From the NCBI GenBank assembly GCA_031835245.2, contig JAVKOQ020000073.1, forward strand, positions 124,001-188,000: 64,000 nt of DNA, read 5' to 3'. A program made the position numbers and the translations under genes. The DNA comes from Balamuthia mandrillaris. Lineage: Eukaryota. A model generated the notes under the pieces. That model did not search any database, was not told where the DNA came from, and saw only the letters and a list, made by a program, of their open reading frames with translations. Shown here piece after piece: positions 36,691 to 49,456 of this stretch (the first letter of the stretch is position 1; every line of letters starts with the position of its first letter).

Positions 36691-37165
36691 TTTAATTTTT
36701 TTTTGTTTCTCTCTTTTTCTATTTCATCCAGCGAAGGGATTATTATTATTTTTTTTTTCGAACGAAGGAGCTTGGGAAAGGGGTGGTGTGAGGAAGAGAA
36801 GATGGAGAGTTTCGCTGCTGCTTCTTCTTGTATCTTCTTCTTTCCTTCTTCTTCTTCTAAAGTGATATATTTGGCATGAGGGAAAAGGAGAGGGCATTTC
36901 TCTCTCTGAGACATGTCCTGATGAACCTGGCTAAACCAACGGGTCCCGCCGTTGGACTGCAAAATGACCGGAACCGAATCTGCTCGTTTTGGTGAGCAAC
37001 ATTCCGAATGCGGAGGCTGGACTCCTTCTGGGTATTGTCTAGTCGGCAGGGGTGCGACCGTCCTCCATTAGGTGTGTTGCTGAGGGAGGAAGCCAGCAGC
37101 ATCAGCAGAACAACAAAAGAACAAGAGAGAGAGAAGTAAGGGGCTCCTTATCTTTTTGACCACTA

Positions 37166-38022
37166 TTAACAGGGACACATTGGCATCAGTAAAATCCTTT
37201 TTGTCTCCTTGCGGCTTTCTTCTTTTCCTTCCACTCTCGTTCCCTCGATGAACCGATCCTGGAGCTCCTCCCAAATGGCATCCTCCTCCATGAGATAGGG
37301 ATAGTACATGTTGGCTTTGTAGGTCTTGGTGGCTGCGTGCCGAACTCCGAGGAAGATGACGCCTCCGATGATGAGGCCGCCGATGAAGAAGCCGGCCGCC
37401 GTCCAAGGGGAGCGCCAAGCCTTAGAGGCGTTGGTGGCGGGATAGATATAAGTTGTGGCACCTTTTGTCTGAACCTTACAGTAGTAGCTGCCTGCGGTGT
37501 AGTAAGGATGAACTGTTGATGCCACGTTTTGGCATAGGTTCGGCAGGTCGTCCACGCGCTTGATTATTGCCAGCCTCCTGGGGCCGACAAGGAGAGGAGC
37601 ACAGATAAGGAGCAAGTAACCACATCAAAGAAGGAGAAAAAGGACAAGACACAGAAAGAAGGAGGGACAGAAAACAAACAGGAGCCCAATCCAACGAAAA
37701 GACAAACTAATGTACTCACATCAGGGTTGCCTTGGACTGGAAGTACCGTTCAATGCCCTCATCGTTGCTCCACTCCCAATTGTCGGCTACGTAGGCGGTG
37801 ATGTCGGTCCATTTGTCGAGGTCCACCACCGTTTCTGTGCGAGTGTCTCCTTTGGAGTCCGTGTATTCCTCCGTGTGCTCTGCGTGCTGATGCACATAAG
37901 TGGCTGGTTTAGAGGCATTGAGAGTTGCAAACTCAAGAACTGCTCCTCTTCAGTTATGTGGTTATTGGTTGTTTAAAAAAACACCGAAGGAAAGGGGAGA
38001 TAGAAAAGACAAGCCAAACGAC

Positions 38023-38062
<40 letters not shown>

Positions 38063-38273
38063 CGAGAACAATAAAACAACAGGAGAGGAAAGGAGAGGAG
38101 AGGAGAGAAGAGATGACGATGAAAAGAAAGAAAGACTGGAACGAAAAACGAAAATTGGAAAGGAAACAACAGACGTACTCTGAATTGAGGCGACTATCAA
38201 AGGTCCGTTTGTTGCCAGACAGCCCGCTCTTCACTTTGAACTCAGCCCCCGCCTCTTCCTCCTCTGTGGTCAT
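37166..38273 (-). CDS. Hypothetical membrane protein (hydrophobic segment near C-terminus), three exons
   Basis: MTTEEEEAGAEFKVKSG...|...DLDKWTDITAYVADNWEW...|RLAIIKRV...WTAAGFFIGGLIIGGVIFLGV...MPMCPC*. Coding-like composition; no family recognised. Confidence 0.65.
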
Positions 38274-38940
38274 ACCGGGCTTTTTCTGTGCTTTCTCTCT
38301 TTTATTCGTCGGGTACATATATATATATATATATATATATATTCTTTATTTGTGGTTTTTCATAAAAACAAAAAAAATCAGTCTCAGGCAAAACACCAAG
38401 TTCACTGATCACCCTGTAATGCTCTTTTGGTACGAAAGTACCAGGAGGAGGAGCTAAAAAAATTACCATAATTTCCTGTAATTTCCTGTATTATAACTGT
38501 GATTACAGGAAGAATCCGAAAGACTTTTCCTTCCGTTTTATTCAATCCAAAACCGGAACTTTCTCCCTCTTCTCCTTCCTTCACCGCGCGAGCCCAAAAC
38601 ATGTTTCTATGTGAAACGGGGGCACGTGGTTGTTGTGGCTGTAACCTCCTCCTTCTCGAATGCATGTCCCACCCACTCCAAATGTTTCAAGAAGAGCGAG
38701 CCCAAGGAAGGAACACAAAGCGAAAAGAAGAGAGGTTGGGTAAACTCTTATTAATTTTTTTCATCTTCTTCCTTTTTGTTACAAAGGCGGTGTAGGTCTT
38801 TTCTTTACACAGTTCTCATCTTGTTCCACTTTATGCATTGTTTTATCTCTCTTTCTTATCGCCTTCCTCATCATTTTCTTCTCTCTTGCTTCTTGCTTTC
38901 TTCTCACTTCCTTCTTCGTTCTTTCATCTCTCGCTTCACT

Positions 38941-40892
38941 TCATTGCTCCAACCAGTCGTTGATGTCATAGCAAGAAGTGATGAGCTCCTCGCAATACGG
39001 TAACGCCTTGCCTGACACAAATACATCCACCCACGACTCCATTTCCTGTTCTCCCTCCTCTTCATCTTCCTCTTCTTCTCCTTTCTTTGCACCGCTTGCA
39101 TCACCCTTGGCAGAGGAGAGCTGCGTGGTAATATGTCGAGGAGGACGAGGAGGCGGCAGGTTGGAATGAGGGGTGAGCTTCGAGAATGTCGCCCCTGTTT
39201 GTCTCAGCATCAGCTTGTTCTTCATCGATTGTTGCAGCTCTTCATGTTGTTGCAGCTGTTTTTTGAGGTCTTCAGAGGAGGTGGTGAGCGGTTTGTTGCG
39301 GCTGTTGCTGCCGGCGAGAGAAGGAGGAGTTCCATAGGTCGCACTCTTGCGTCGCTCTTTCGCTGCTGCTGATGAAGAAGGAGAGGAAGAAGAAGGAGAA
39401 ACTCCCAACGATTGTCTAATGCCTCCGGAAGAGGAGTTTGCTGTGGATGCTTTGCTCTGTTGAATGTAGAATTTGGGGTCTCTCCACTTGGAAGGAGTTG
39501 GAGAGGGAGGGCCAGAAGTGGTCGGCGAGGAAGAAGGAGAACCAGGAGATGGAGAGGAAGAGGAAGAAGGAGCAGTGGGTTGGGCCATGCCCTCAAAGAG
39601 GGTACGACGCTCTTTGACGAGATTGGTGGCCAGCAACATGCTGCCTCTTTTCAGGGTGGCGTAAAACTGTCTGTACTGGCGAGAGTTTTTCATCATGTCT
39701 TTCTTTAGGCCTTCGGCTTCTTCTTTGTTGCCTTTTCTCTGTTTTTGTTTGGCAATATAGCAAAGCAGATTAAGAAATGAAAAAGGAACGAAGGGAAGAC
39801 CAGCAGAACGACAGAAACAAAAAACAAAAACAAGGAAAAATACGCACAAACAAGCCATCGTAATGAGTAATGAGGTACTCAACAATCTTTGCAGCCTTAG
39901 GACCTTCCGTGAGATAAAGGTTCATGTCAGCGGTCGCCTCTCCCGTTTGATAAGGTCGAAGAATGGAGGGAGCAAAGATGAGGGACAGATTGGAGGCTCC
40001 CATTTGATTCTTGTCCGAGTCGGCGCAGACCTCCTTCAGGAAGCGAAGCAGCAGGGTGAGGATCTCCTTGTTGGCGGGAGGCAGCAGAGAGATGACGGTG
40101 CGAAGGCAGTTTATCCTTTGGTTTTCTTGACCCAGCTCTACGGAGGAGGAGGAGAAAGTTGGAAGAAGGAAGAAGGAAGAAGGAAGAAAGCAAAGAGAAG
40201 GTTTAAAAAGAAATAGGAACCCATGGCAACGCCAAAGCAGTCATAAAGTTCAAACGTCAGAAGAGGAATATCCAGTTCTGTTATCATGCAGCAAAAAGAA
40301 AAAAGAAAAAGAAAAAGAAAAAGAAAAAGAAAAAGAAAAAGAAAGAAAAGAAAAAGAAAGAAAAGAAAGAAAAGAAAGAAATCCGTTTTAGTATTTTTCC
40401 TCACATCAAACAGTCGCTATATAAACGTTCAGAAAACAAAAACAAAAACTAAACGAACCACGCAAGTATAACTTTAGGACGCCGGCCACCGTGTGAACGT
40501 CTCCTTTGGAAAGCTTGTCCAGGTCTACTTTCTTTCCTGCAAAGAAAAAAAAAAGAAAAAAAAATAATTCAATTTTGATTTAAACGATTAAAAAAAACAA
40601 GAGAGAAAACGAACCTTTGTCAAATCGCTTCTTGATGGTATTAATGTCCTGCAACAAACCGGAAACACGGAACAAACCTTCCACCGTAGTTGCTGTCCAC
40701 GGGGAAATAACGGTTAACATCAGATCATATAATTTTTAAAGCGGATGAACGGATTGTGATTAAAAAATTGCAATCCAAACCATTATGGCGGCGTAACCAG
40801 CGGATGGTTTCATCCACGATCGGCGGCACTCGCGAACTCAGTCGGACAAACGTGCCGCACTGCGGCAAAGGCCCACGGTCTTTGCTGAACAT
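38941..40892 (-). CDS. RhoGAP domain protein with Ser-rich C-terminal tail, multi-exon
   Basis: VPPIVDETI; VEGLFRVSG (Arg finger); DVHTVAGVLKLY; LLPPANKEIL...NQMGASNLSLIFAPSIL. Confidence 0.92.
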
Positions 40893-41109
40893 TCTTCTTG
40901 TCTCTTCTTTCCGTTTCTTTCGTTCTCTATTTTTAAACGGTAAAAGCACACTCGCACGAACCGGCCTTCAAATCGATAATTATTATCTGCGTTGATAAAC
41001 GTCGACTATAATTCATGTCGTCCCGATAATAATCCATGACGTCCCGAAATTATTAGGCCAAGCTATTCGATTCTATTCGGATGAATTATTGATTATTTTG
41101 TTTTTTTTG

Positions 41110-41321
41110 TTAGTCCTTGTGTTCGTCGTAGGAGGAGTTCACGCTCTTCTCCCACGCCACGATTTGCTCCATCCATTGATGGGCTTTGGCTTGGAGAGCT
41201 TCCTCATCGAAGCCGATGTTGTGCCCGTTTTCTGCCATAAGCTTGCCTGCTACCCACACCTTGCTCACGCTTTTTTTGTTTGAAACATTAACACGAACAA
41301 AAGAGCAAGAAAGAATGAAAC

Positions 41322-41376
<55 letters not shown>

Positions 41377-43202
41377 GAAAGGAAGAAAGAAAGAAAGAAA
41401 GGAAATGAAAAGAATGAAAGAAAGGAAAGGAAAGGAAAGGAAAGAAAAATGTACCTATTGGTACCAACGTAGACGAGGTTGGTGATAGGGTTGAAGACAG
41501 GCTCCGTTCGCAGCTCGATGGCGACCAAATCAGCCCATTTGCCTTTCTCCAAAGAGCCAATGCAGTGGTCCAACCCCAAAGCCTTGGCTCCGTTTATGGT
41601 GGCCATCTTCAACATTTCGAAACTGGGCAGCACTTTAACGCCTTCCGTTTGTTGGGCGTGAAGGCGGTGCATCAATGCTGCTGTGCGCATTTCACCTGTT
41701 TTTGTTTGGTAAGCCAAAAAGAAGAGAAGAAACAACGATGGAGGAGAGAAAACGAGAGGAGAAGCTGGGGACGAGGGAACAAAGAGATAGACCTAAAAGA
41801 TCGAGATCGTCATTGCTAGCAGCGCCGTCAGTGCCGAGGCATACGTTGACGCCTTTGCTGATGTAGTCAGCGATGGGGCAGATGCCATTGCCGAGTTTCA
41901 GGTTGGACTCAGGACAGTGCACCACGCTCACTCCTATTCCCCGTTTTAGGAAAAGCTCCATTTTAGAAAAATAAACCAAGTGTCGAAGCGTAAAAGAGAG
42001 TAGCGTGGCAACAGAGAATCAGAGAATAGAAAAGAGACAGAGAAGTACAGAGAAGGGAAGGAAGGATAAGGCATAGAGAACCTTTGGCAGCACAAAGATC
42101 GATCTCTTCAGGCAGAATTTGAGCCATGTGAACGGCGATGAGGGAAGAATCCATGATGCCAAGCCTCTCCATTCTAGCAATGGGACGAACGCCATGAACC
42201 TTCACACTCTCTGTCACCTTGGCCATTTCCTCGTGCAAGTGAAGGTGCACTCGCATGTTATGTTCTGTATGTTCATGGAAGTACATACGATGTTAGTAGA
42301 CAGTTGTTACCCTAAAAACACAAAAAGGTGTTGCTATATTACCTTTAGCAAGCTTTTTAACCTTGAGGAAACTTTCGTCGTTCACTGGATAATGAGAACA
42401 ACAATAAGAGAAGAACGGTGAGGAACAAAAAAACAACCAACAGAGAGAGCAAGAGAGAGAGAGAGAGAGAGAGAGAATGACAAAAGAGAAAAAGAGAAGG
42501 AGAGCAGCATTACAAACCGGTATAGGGAGCATGCGGGGCCAACGAAATAGTGACCAAGGGGTCCTCCTTGAACTCCTCCGCCATGGCCAGGCCCTTCTCC
42601 AGGTACTCGTCCGGGCCTTTGCCCCAACCGGTGGGGAACTCGATGACGGGCACGCCGATGTTGCAGCGCATGCCCATGGAGGAGGCCACGCGGGCGGTCA
42701 CCTCGGGGAAGAAGTACATGTCGTTGAAGCAGGTCACGCCGTTGCGCAGCATCTCCCCGACGGCGATCCGCGTGCCGTCCTCCACGAACTCGGGGCCGAC
42801 CCAGCGCTGCTCCGCCTGCACGATGTTGGAGAGCCACTGGGAGAGCGTGGTGTGGTCGGAGTAGAAGCCGCGGAAGAGGGTCATGGGCGTGTGGCAGTGC
42901 ATGTTGACGAGGCCGGGGATGAGGACGTGGTGCTTGTGGAGGTGGTGCTCCCGCTCGGCGACGTACTTTTGCTTGGCCTCCTCCGTGGGGAGAATGTCGT
43001 GGATCTTTCCTGTTGGGAGTTTGATGAAGAACAAGAAAATTTTTAGTGTCATGGATGTCTTTGACGGAGAAAAAAAAACAAGATGAGAAGAGAAAGTTTT
43101 GCCTTGATGGATGACCAAGGAATGTCGCTCCAGAACGCAGTTATCGGGAACGATAGGAACAATCCATCGGGCGTGAACCACCTCGCTGACTTGCTCTCCC
43201 AT
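41110..43202 (-). CDS. Amidohydrolase, TRZ/ATZ-type 5'-methylthioadenosine/S-adenosylhomocysteine deaminase-like, multi-exon
   Basis: [14 protein letters not shown] (HxH); [67 protein letters not shown]...[11 protein letters not shown]. Confidence 0.9.
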
Positions 43203-43682
43203 TTTGTGCTTCTTCTCTTTCTTCTTTCCTTCTCCGAACGATATTCGCCAAAATATCAAAAATTATCAAAAAAATTTTGATAATCGATATATTTATGGAC
43301 GCTTGTCGACAATAAAGATAACAAGATCGCAGATCCATTTTTCTGATTGCCGATTGGTGGGTTTTAGAGTGACATTTCAAATGACCTTTTAATTATAAGC
43401 TTGTATTGTTTTATTGTAGGTCAGAGATAAGACAACAGTCATCCTTGCATTCACAACCCATCTCACCATCGAGGAACCAGGATCCAACTTGTTCTGCCTA
43501 ACAACTTCATAGTTCTATTTTTTTAAAATTTAAATTCCTTCATTCCACCATTTTTTTTTTCTTCTTCTTGTTTTCTATCTTCGAAAGACAACTTAACAAC
43601 CCATTCCACCGCCTGCACATTCGTTTTGACCCAACACACACATACACTCACTCACAAAAAAATAAAAAAAAAAACAGGCTAG

Positions 43683-45139
43683 ATGTCCCAAACGCGAGCG
43701 TCGCTGCTTACCTTTGGCAGCCGCGGGGACGTGCAACCGTTCGTCGCCATCGGGCTGGCCCTCCAAAGGCAGGGCTACCACGTGACGCTCTGCGCCCCCA
43801 AGGACCAGGAGGGCTTCGTCCGGCGTCACGGCGTTCGAAACTTTGTCCCGCTGCACTTCACCACGGAGGAGATCATGAAGAAGTTCGCCCCGTGCCTGCG
43901 CGACCCTTCCAAGGTTTGCGTTTTCCTTCCTTTTCCTTCTCTTTTCTCTGGCCTTTCTGGCCTTTCTAACCCAGAATAAAAATAACAGACAGAGAGTATT
44001 ATTGCTGGGTACTACAGCGAAGACTTTCCGCAAACAAAGGGGGTGGTTCTTAAAGTTTGTAAAGTTGGTACATTCCCTTTTGTTTTTTTTTTCTTTGTGT
44101 TCAAAGCAGTGAAACAAATAAAACACAGGAATCCGATGTTGTGCTTTACCACTGCTGTTTGGAGAGCGAGGTGCTGTGTGCCACCGAACATTTCAAAGTT
44201 CCGGCCATTGGGGCGACCGTGTTTCCATTCATGGGTTCGTTTTCGTTTGCTTTTTGTTTTCAAACACAACCGTTCTTATCCAGAACAAATACGACAGAGA
44301 CATCGCAGTATTTTCCACCGGTGTTGGATGAAGACATGTTTCCAGCTGGCACGCCTTGTTCTTTGGTTTGAATCTGTGTTGTCGTGTTATTTTATTTGTT
44401 TTTATAAGCTAACAAAACAAACTAACAAAAAGGTATGGGAGTCAGTGTTGAAGGGAGGATGGACACAGGCCCGGGCCAAGGCCATCAACAAATGGAGACG
44501 AGAACTGGGGCTCTCTCCAATCGACCACCCTTTGGGCATTCATGGCCTCACCGAGGGTAAAGAAGGCCTGAATCATCGCTTCATTACGATGTGGAGCGAA
44601 CACATCTTGCCACGAGCAGCAGATTGGGGAGAGAACGTTTTGGAAGGAGGATTCTGTTTCCTGGAGGAAGAAGCGAAAGGAAAAAAGTCTGCGGAACAGG
44701 AGAGAGTGGAGGAGTTCTTGACAAAAGGAGAGAAGCCAGTTTACTTTGGGTTTGGATCGGTGCACCATCCTAATCCGGATACTTTGGTCCAAGCCATTCT
44801 GAAAGTCATTGATAGGTAACTTGCTTTTGTTCTTTCTCTGATCACCTCATTCAATCGACTTTTTTCTCATTCTCGCTTTTATTTTAACGTTGTGGCAAAG
44901 ACTCAAGCTGCGAGCTATCATCTACGAGGGTGCTGGCAGCTTGCCACGCCCAATAGACTTGGATCTGACCAAGTTTGGAGCGGATCGTGTCCTGTGGGCT
45001 AAGGAGGTTCCTCACTCTTGGCTCTTTCCTCAATGCCGTGCAGTGGTCATCCATGGCGGCATTGGCACTGTGGCCACCGCCTTGAAAGCCGCTGTTCCTC
45101 CCATCATCTGTCCCATTGGCATGGACCAACCGGTTTGTT

Positions 45140-45180
<41 letters not shown>

Positions 45181-45607
45181 CTCTCTACTATTTGTTCTTT
45201 TCTATTCTTTCGTTTTTTGTAGTCTTTCTGCTCTCTGCTCTCCTCTCTCTCTCTCTCTCTCTCTCTTCGCCTCTCTTCTGCGCTTCTTTTGCCTCTCGCT
45301 CATTGTCCTTCGGGGATTCCGCATTGGTCTGACCCTCGTTGTCAAACAAAAGTTTTGGGCTCATAGATTGGCCGAACAGGGATTAGGTCCCAAGAAAATC
45401 GTCAGCGCTCTGAGGATGAACGCCGAGGAACTATTCGCCTCCATGAAAGAAGTTTTGAACGAAGAAGACGAAGGGCAGAAGGGAGGGAGCATCCGTGCAA
45501 GGGTCCAAGCGGTCGCCAAGCTGTTGGCCTCCGAAAACGGCGTCGCCAAGGTGGTTGCTGTGGTGCAACAACTAGCACCTTCTCCTCTTGAAACGAGAGA
45601 AGCGTGA
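43683..45607 (+). CDS. Sterol 3-beta-glucosyltransferase-like GT-B glycosyltransferase (GT1/GT28 N-domain), multi-exon
   Basis: TFGSRGDVQPFVAIG; KPVYFGFGS; VPHSWLFPQCRAVVIHGGIGT; DQP|FWA; ENGVAK. Confidence 0.9.
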
Positions 45608-46219
45608 AGAAACGCAATTATGCATGCATGCATGTATGTACAGAGTGAGATGGGAGGGGGGGGGGGGAAGAAAGTGAGCACGAAACTCGGGGGTTGGCCT
45701 TCGGCAGGACTCGCTCTGCCCAAAGAGTGTGTATCGCCAGGAGGCAAAGGTGGAGTAAGCAAAGTCCCGCAGGAAGGGGGGCACCACGATGAAAGCGTAG
45801 AGGCAGGACCACCCGGAGCCCTCCAGCATGGCCAGCACCCTCAGCACCGCAGAGGACTTTGTGTAGCACTGCTGGCCCTGGATGAGGACCACGGTGCTGA
45901 GGTCGTTGGGCAGGTGGAACTTATCCAGGAAGTTCTGCCCGGTCTCTGACTGGAGGGAGGCAAACTTGATGCGATTCTGGGGATCCCTGTCGATGACAAA
46001 GTTCACAAAGGAGTTGCAAAAGTTGCAGACGCCGTCAAAGAGGACGACCGCCTCGTAGCGCGCCAGCTCCTCGTCGACGTCTTCCTCGAGGTCGCCCCCC
46101 TCGTCCGCCGCTCCTGCAGAGTAATAGTCTGTCGAGGAGGCCAGGAGGTGGTGACGACCGTGCTCTTCCTGCTCTGCCTCCTGCGCCAGGTGCCTGCTGC
46201 TGCTCCCTCTTTGTTGCAT
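45572..46219 (-). CDS. DCC-family (YuxK/DUF393) thiol-disulfide oxidoreductase; intronless
   Basis: VVLFDGVCNFCNSFVNF (DxxCxxC); IKFASLQS; TKSSAVLR; LRDFAY...RYTLFG. Confidence 0.9.
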   Translation of the reverse strand: MQQRGSSSRHLAQEAEQEEHGRHHLLASSTDYYSAGAADEGGDLEEDVDEELARYEAVVLFDGVCNFCNSFVNFVIDRDPQNRIKFASLQSETGQNFLDKFHLPNDLSTVVLIQGQQCYTKSSAVLRVLAMLEGSGWSCLYAFIVVPPFLRDFAYSTFASWRYTLFGQSESCRRPTPEFRAHFLPPPPSHLTLYIHACMHNCVSSRFSRFKRRRC

Positions 46220-46621
46220 AACCTCCTTCCTGCTACTTTTTTTCTGTTTTCGCGTCGTCCTGGGACAACATTCGCGTCGTCACGATAACATCTTCCCCTT
46301 CTAGATTAATTAAATTTCGTGTCGTCACGAAACAATTGCCCCAGCGATTCATTTCCAGCGAAAACCAAGAGCGGCGCAGCGGAAAGAGGGAACAAAAAAG
46401 AAAGAGAGTTACGCGCTCTTCCTCTCTGTTTTCTTTGGCTCTTGCTTTCTTTTCTTTTTCTTTTTTCCCCCCCTCCCCTTTCTCCCTCCAACCTTTTCAG
46501 ACACGCCACACACACACACACACCCAAACAAAACTTTTTTTTTTAAAAAAAAGACACCGAAAAAAAAAAATAATCAGAAAAAAAAAAGAAGACAAACGAT
46601 CTGCTGCAAAAGAAAACGACC

Positions 46622-49363
46622 ATGACATTTTTCGCTGGTGCCTCCTCCTCCTTCACCAGCCGGCGGCATTCCCTTCCCCCCTTCCTTCTCGTCCTTGTCC
46701 TTCTCGTCCTCTCCCCTCTCCTTCCCTCCTCCCTCTCCCAGCCCCTCAACAACGACGAGGACGAACACCTCCTCCCCCTCGACCGCGAGCTCCAGTACCA
46801 GCACCTCGAAGCCGCCCCACAACAGGATCTGGACCTCGACCTCGAGCCCGAACCGCACGAACCTCTCCAGGAAGAAGATGAACCGCAAGATCCCCTCTTG
46901 CTCTCCCCTCTTCCCGAGCCCGTTCTCTCCCTTCAGCAGCTGCAGCCGAGTAGACCCCGCAGGGAGGCCTACGTCTCCATGCTGACCAACGACAACTACG
47001 TCTACGGCGGGCGAGCCCTCGGCGCCTCCATCCGTCGCTCCGGCTCCACCAAGGACATGGTGATGGTGGTCACGGACGGCGTGTCGGAGAAGAACAGGGA
47101 CCTGCTGCGAGGGGACGGCTGGCTGGTGCGCCCCGTGGACATCATCCCCAACCCCTATTTCGCGAGGGAGGAGGACGCCCCTAGCTTCACCATCTGGTCC
47201 ACCTTCACCAAGTTTGCCATTTGGAACATTACCGAGTATGTCTTGTCGCTCTCTTCTCTCTCTCTGCCTCTCGCTCGTCTCTCTTCTCTCAACCTCTCCC
47301 CCGTCTCAAACTCCCTGTCTCTTATCTCTTTCTATCTTGTCTCTTTCCTCTTGTTTCTTTCTCGTTCTCTCGTGTCTCTGTTCTTTGCCCTGCTTCTCTC
47401 TCTTCTCTCTGCCTGTTTTAAACCTCAACGCTTTACATGACAAAACAGATATGACAAACTCATATTCTTGGATGCTGATGTGGTGGTGCTTAAAAACTTG
47501 GACCCGTTGTTCAACTGTGGCAAGGGCATGTGTGCTCAAATTGGAGTATGCTTTTTCGTTTGGTGTTTTTGTTTTGGTTTCATTTGCAAATATCTGACCA
47601 CTGGAAACTCATTGAAAAAAATAACAGAAAGCATATCCCTCTCTCTTCAACTTCAATGCTGGAGTAATGGTGATTACTCCATCGGAGGCTATCCTTAACG
47701 ACTTGCTCGCTTCCGCCAAGCGTCTTGGCCACAACGGCAAGTCCGAAGCTGGTCTTATGAACAAGTACTCACTCACTCTCCTTTTTTGTCTTTCACTGTT
47801 CTTTGGCTTCATTTCTAGTTTCTTTTTGTCTTACCTTCTCCTATTCTCCTTCAAAAAAAAAATGAAATATAGATACTTTATGCATTACTGCGTAAATGAA
47901 GGCAAGTTACCAGGAACTCTTCCCGCGTTGCGATCACAATCGAAGCCATTCCATCCTCCGACTTTCGATGAGAACAAACTGGAAGAGATGAGAGACTTGT
48001 GGTGTGTGACTCTTCCCAAAGCTTACAACTGGCGTTGGGGCCAGTGGATCCATCAACTCATTGGCAACGAGACCAAACTGGAGCCTTACAACAAGAACAT
48101 GTACTTTCTTCTTGCTTTTTTTCGTTTATTTACTTATTTGTTATTTCTTTTCTGTTTTCTTTTTCTTCCTCGATTCTTATTGTTGGCAAACCATACAACA
48201 ACAGACAAATAGTTCACTTCAACGGTGCCTTCAAGCCTTGGCAATGGAGACTTTATCCCTTCCACGGATGGTTTGGCTACTGGCATGCTTTCACTGGCGA
48301 TCTGAGCCCTGGTATCTTCCGCGAAGATAACCTTCAACAGATCCCAACCTTGCTCTTCCCTCTGCTCGTCTTTGGTTTCATCTACTTCCTTAGCCAGCAA
48401 GAATGGGGATTACCTCGTTTCTCTCACTGGTTCGCTGCCAATTTCTTGTCTCGCGTTCCTTTCTTCGGCACTCCTTCTTCCTTCCGCTATACTCCCGCTT
48501 CTCGTTGGCAAAGACGTTCCGTTTGGGAGCAAGTGAAACGAGGAATACGATGGATTCCGATAGTCGGTCCTTTGCTCTTTTTTATCTTTGGCAATCGCAA
48601 CCGAGGAAGCGGTCGTCGCCATTACTCTCCCAACAACAGCCTCTTCTCGAGCTTGCTCTGCATCGCCTTTGCTTCCTACTGCTTGCTCTATCCTCATTAC
48701 TACTTGTGGGCGGAGGATAAAGAGCTCATCCCTCCCTACCTCTCTCCTTTCTTTGGTTGGTTCCTTCACTTGGAGTGGAGCTTGTTCCTCTTCTGGGTGC
48801 CCTTCTCTCTCTACTGCTATTACTTCTACTTGGTGGGCATTCTGCTCCCCTCTTCGCCTGCTTCGGACTTTGTTTCAACAAGACACAAGGAAAAGGAAGA
48901 GGATATCACGATGGAAGACGATCCTTTCCTGTCTTCTTCTTCTTCTTCTTCGACTTCAGTTCCTGAGCAAGTGGATGAAGAAACCGGACCAACAAGAGCA
49001 TCAGCAACAACGCCAATTCTCTCAACGCCAACAACATTTATGCAGCATCCTTTGCGTCAATTCAAAGCCAAAGAGGCCTTCGAAAAGTACTTTTGGTTGG
49101 AGCAAAGCGGCCTTCTCGCCAACTGCGCCTGCAACAGTCTCGCCATTCTCTTCCTCAACGTTGCTACCCTGTGGATCGAGCTTTACTTCTTTGGCTTCAC
49201 GAACGCCGTATCAAGGAGCATGCTGCTCTACGTGGCCGGTTTCTTTCATGTTATCTATGTGATGTTATGGGTGGAGAGCGTGCCCTTGTTGTTCTTCTTG
49301 CAAGGAAAGAAGGATAGACGACCGGAGCTGCTTTCCTTCTTTGCCAAGAAGCATCGCTCTTAA
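46622..49363 (+). CDS. GT8 glycosyltransferase, IPUT1/PGSIP6-like (signal peptide + GT8 + C-terminal multi-pass TM region)
   Basis: EAYVSMLTNDNY...RALGASIRRSGSTKDMVMVVTDGVS...LLRGDGW...NP...TKFAIWNITE|YDKLIFLDAD (DxD)...DPLFNC...FNAGVMVITPS...IVHFNGAFKPWQW; several hydrophobic helices downstream. Confidence 0.85.
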
Positions 49364-49456
49364 ACCAAAACGAATGCTTCTCTCATCTCTCTTGTTCCTT
49401 TTTAAACTTCGCTATTGCACATAAAATCCTGTTTTGTCTTACTACCCTAAGTGTAT

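Noticed and set aside
36880..37090. Possible structured ncRNA (CTGATGA, CCAACGG/CCGTTGG hairpin; hammerhead or SECIS)
   Set aside because: Could not assemble the hammerhead GAAA core with its stems or a SECIS helix. An Infernal/Rfam scan would be needed.
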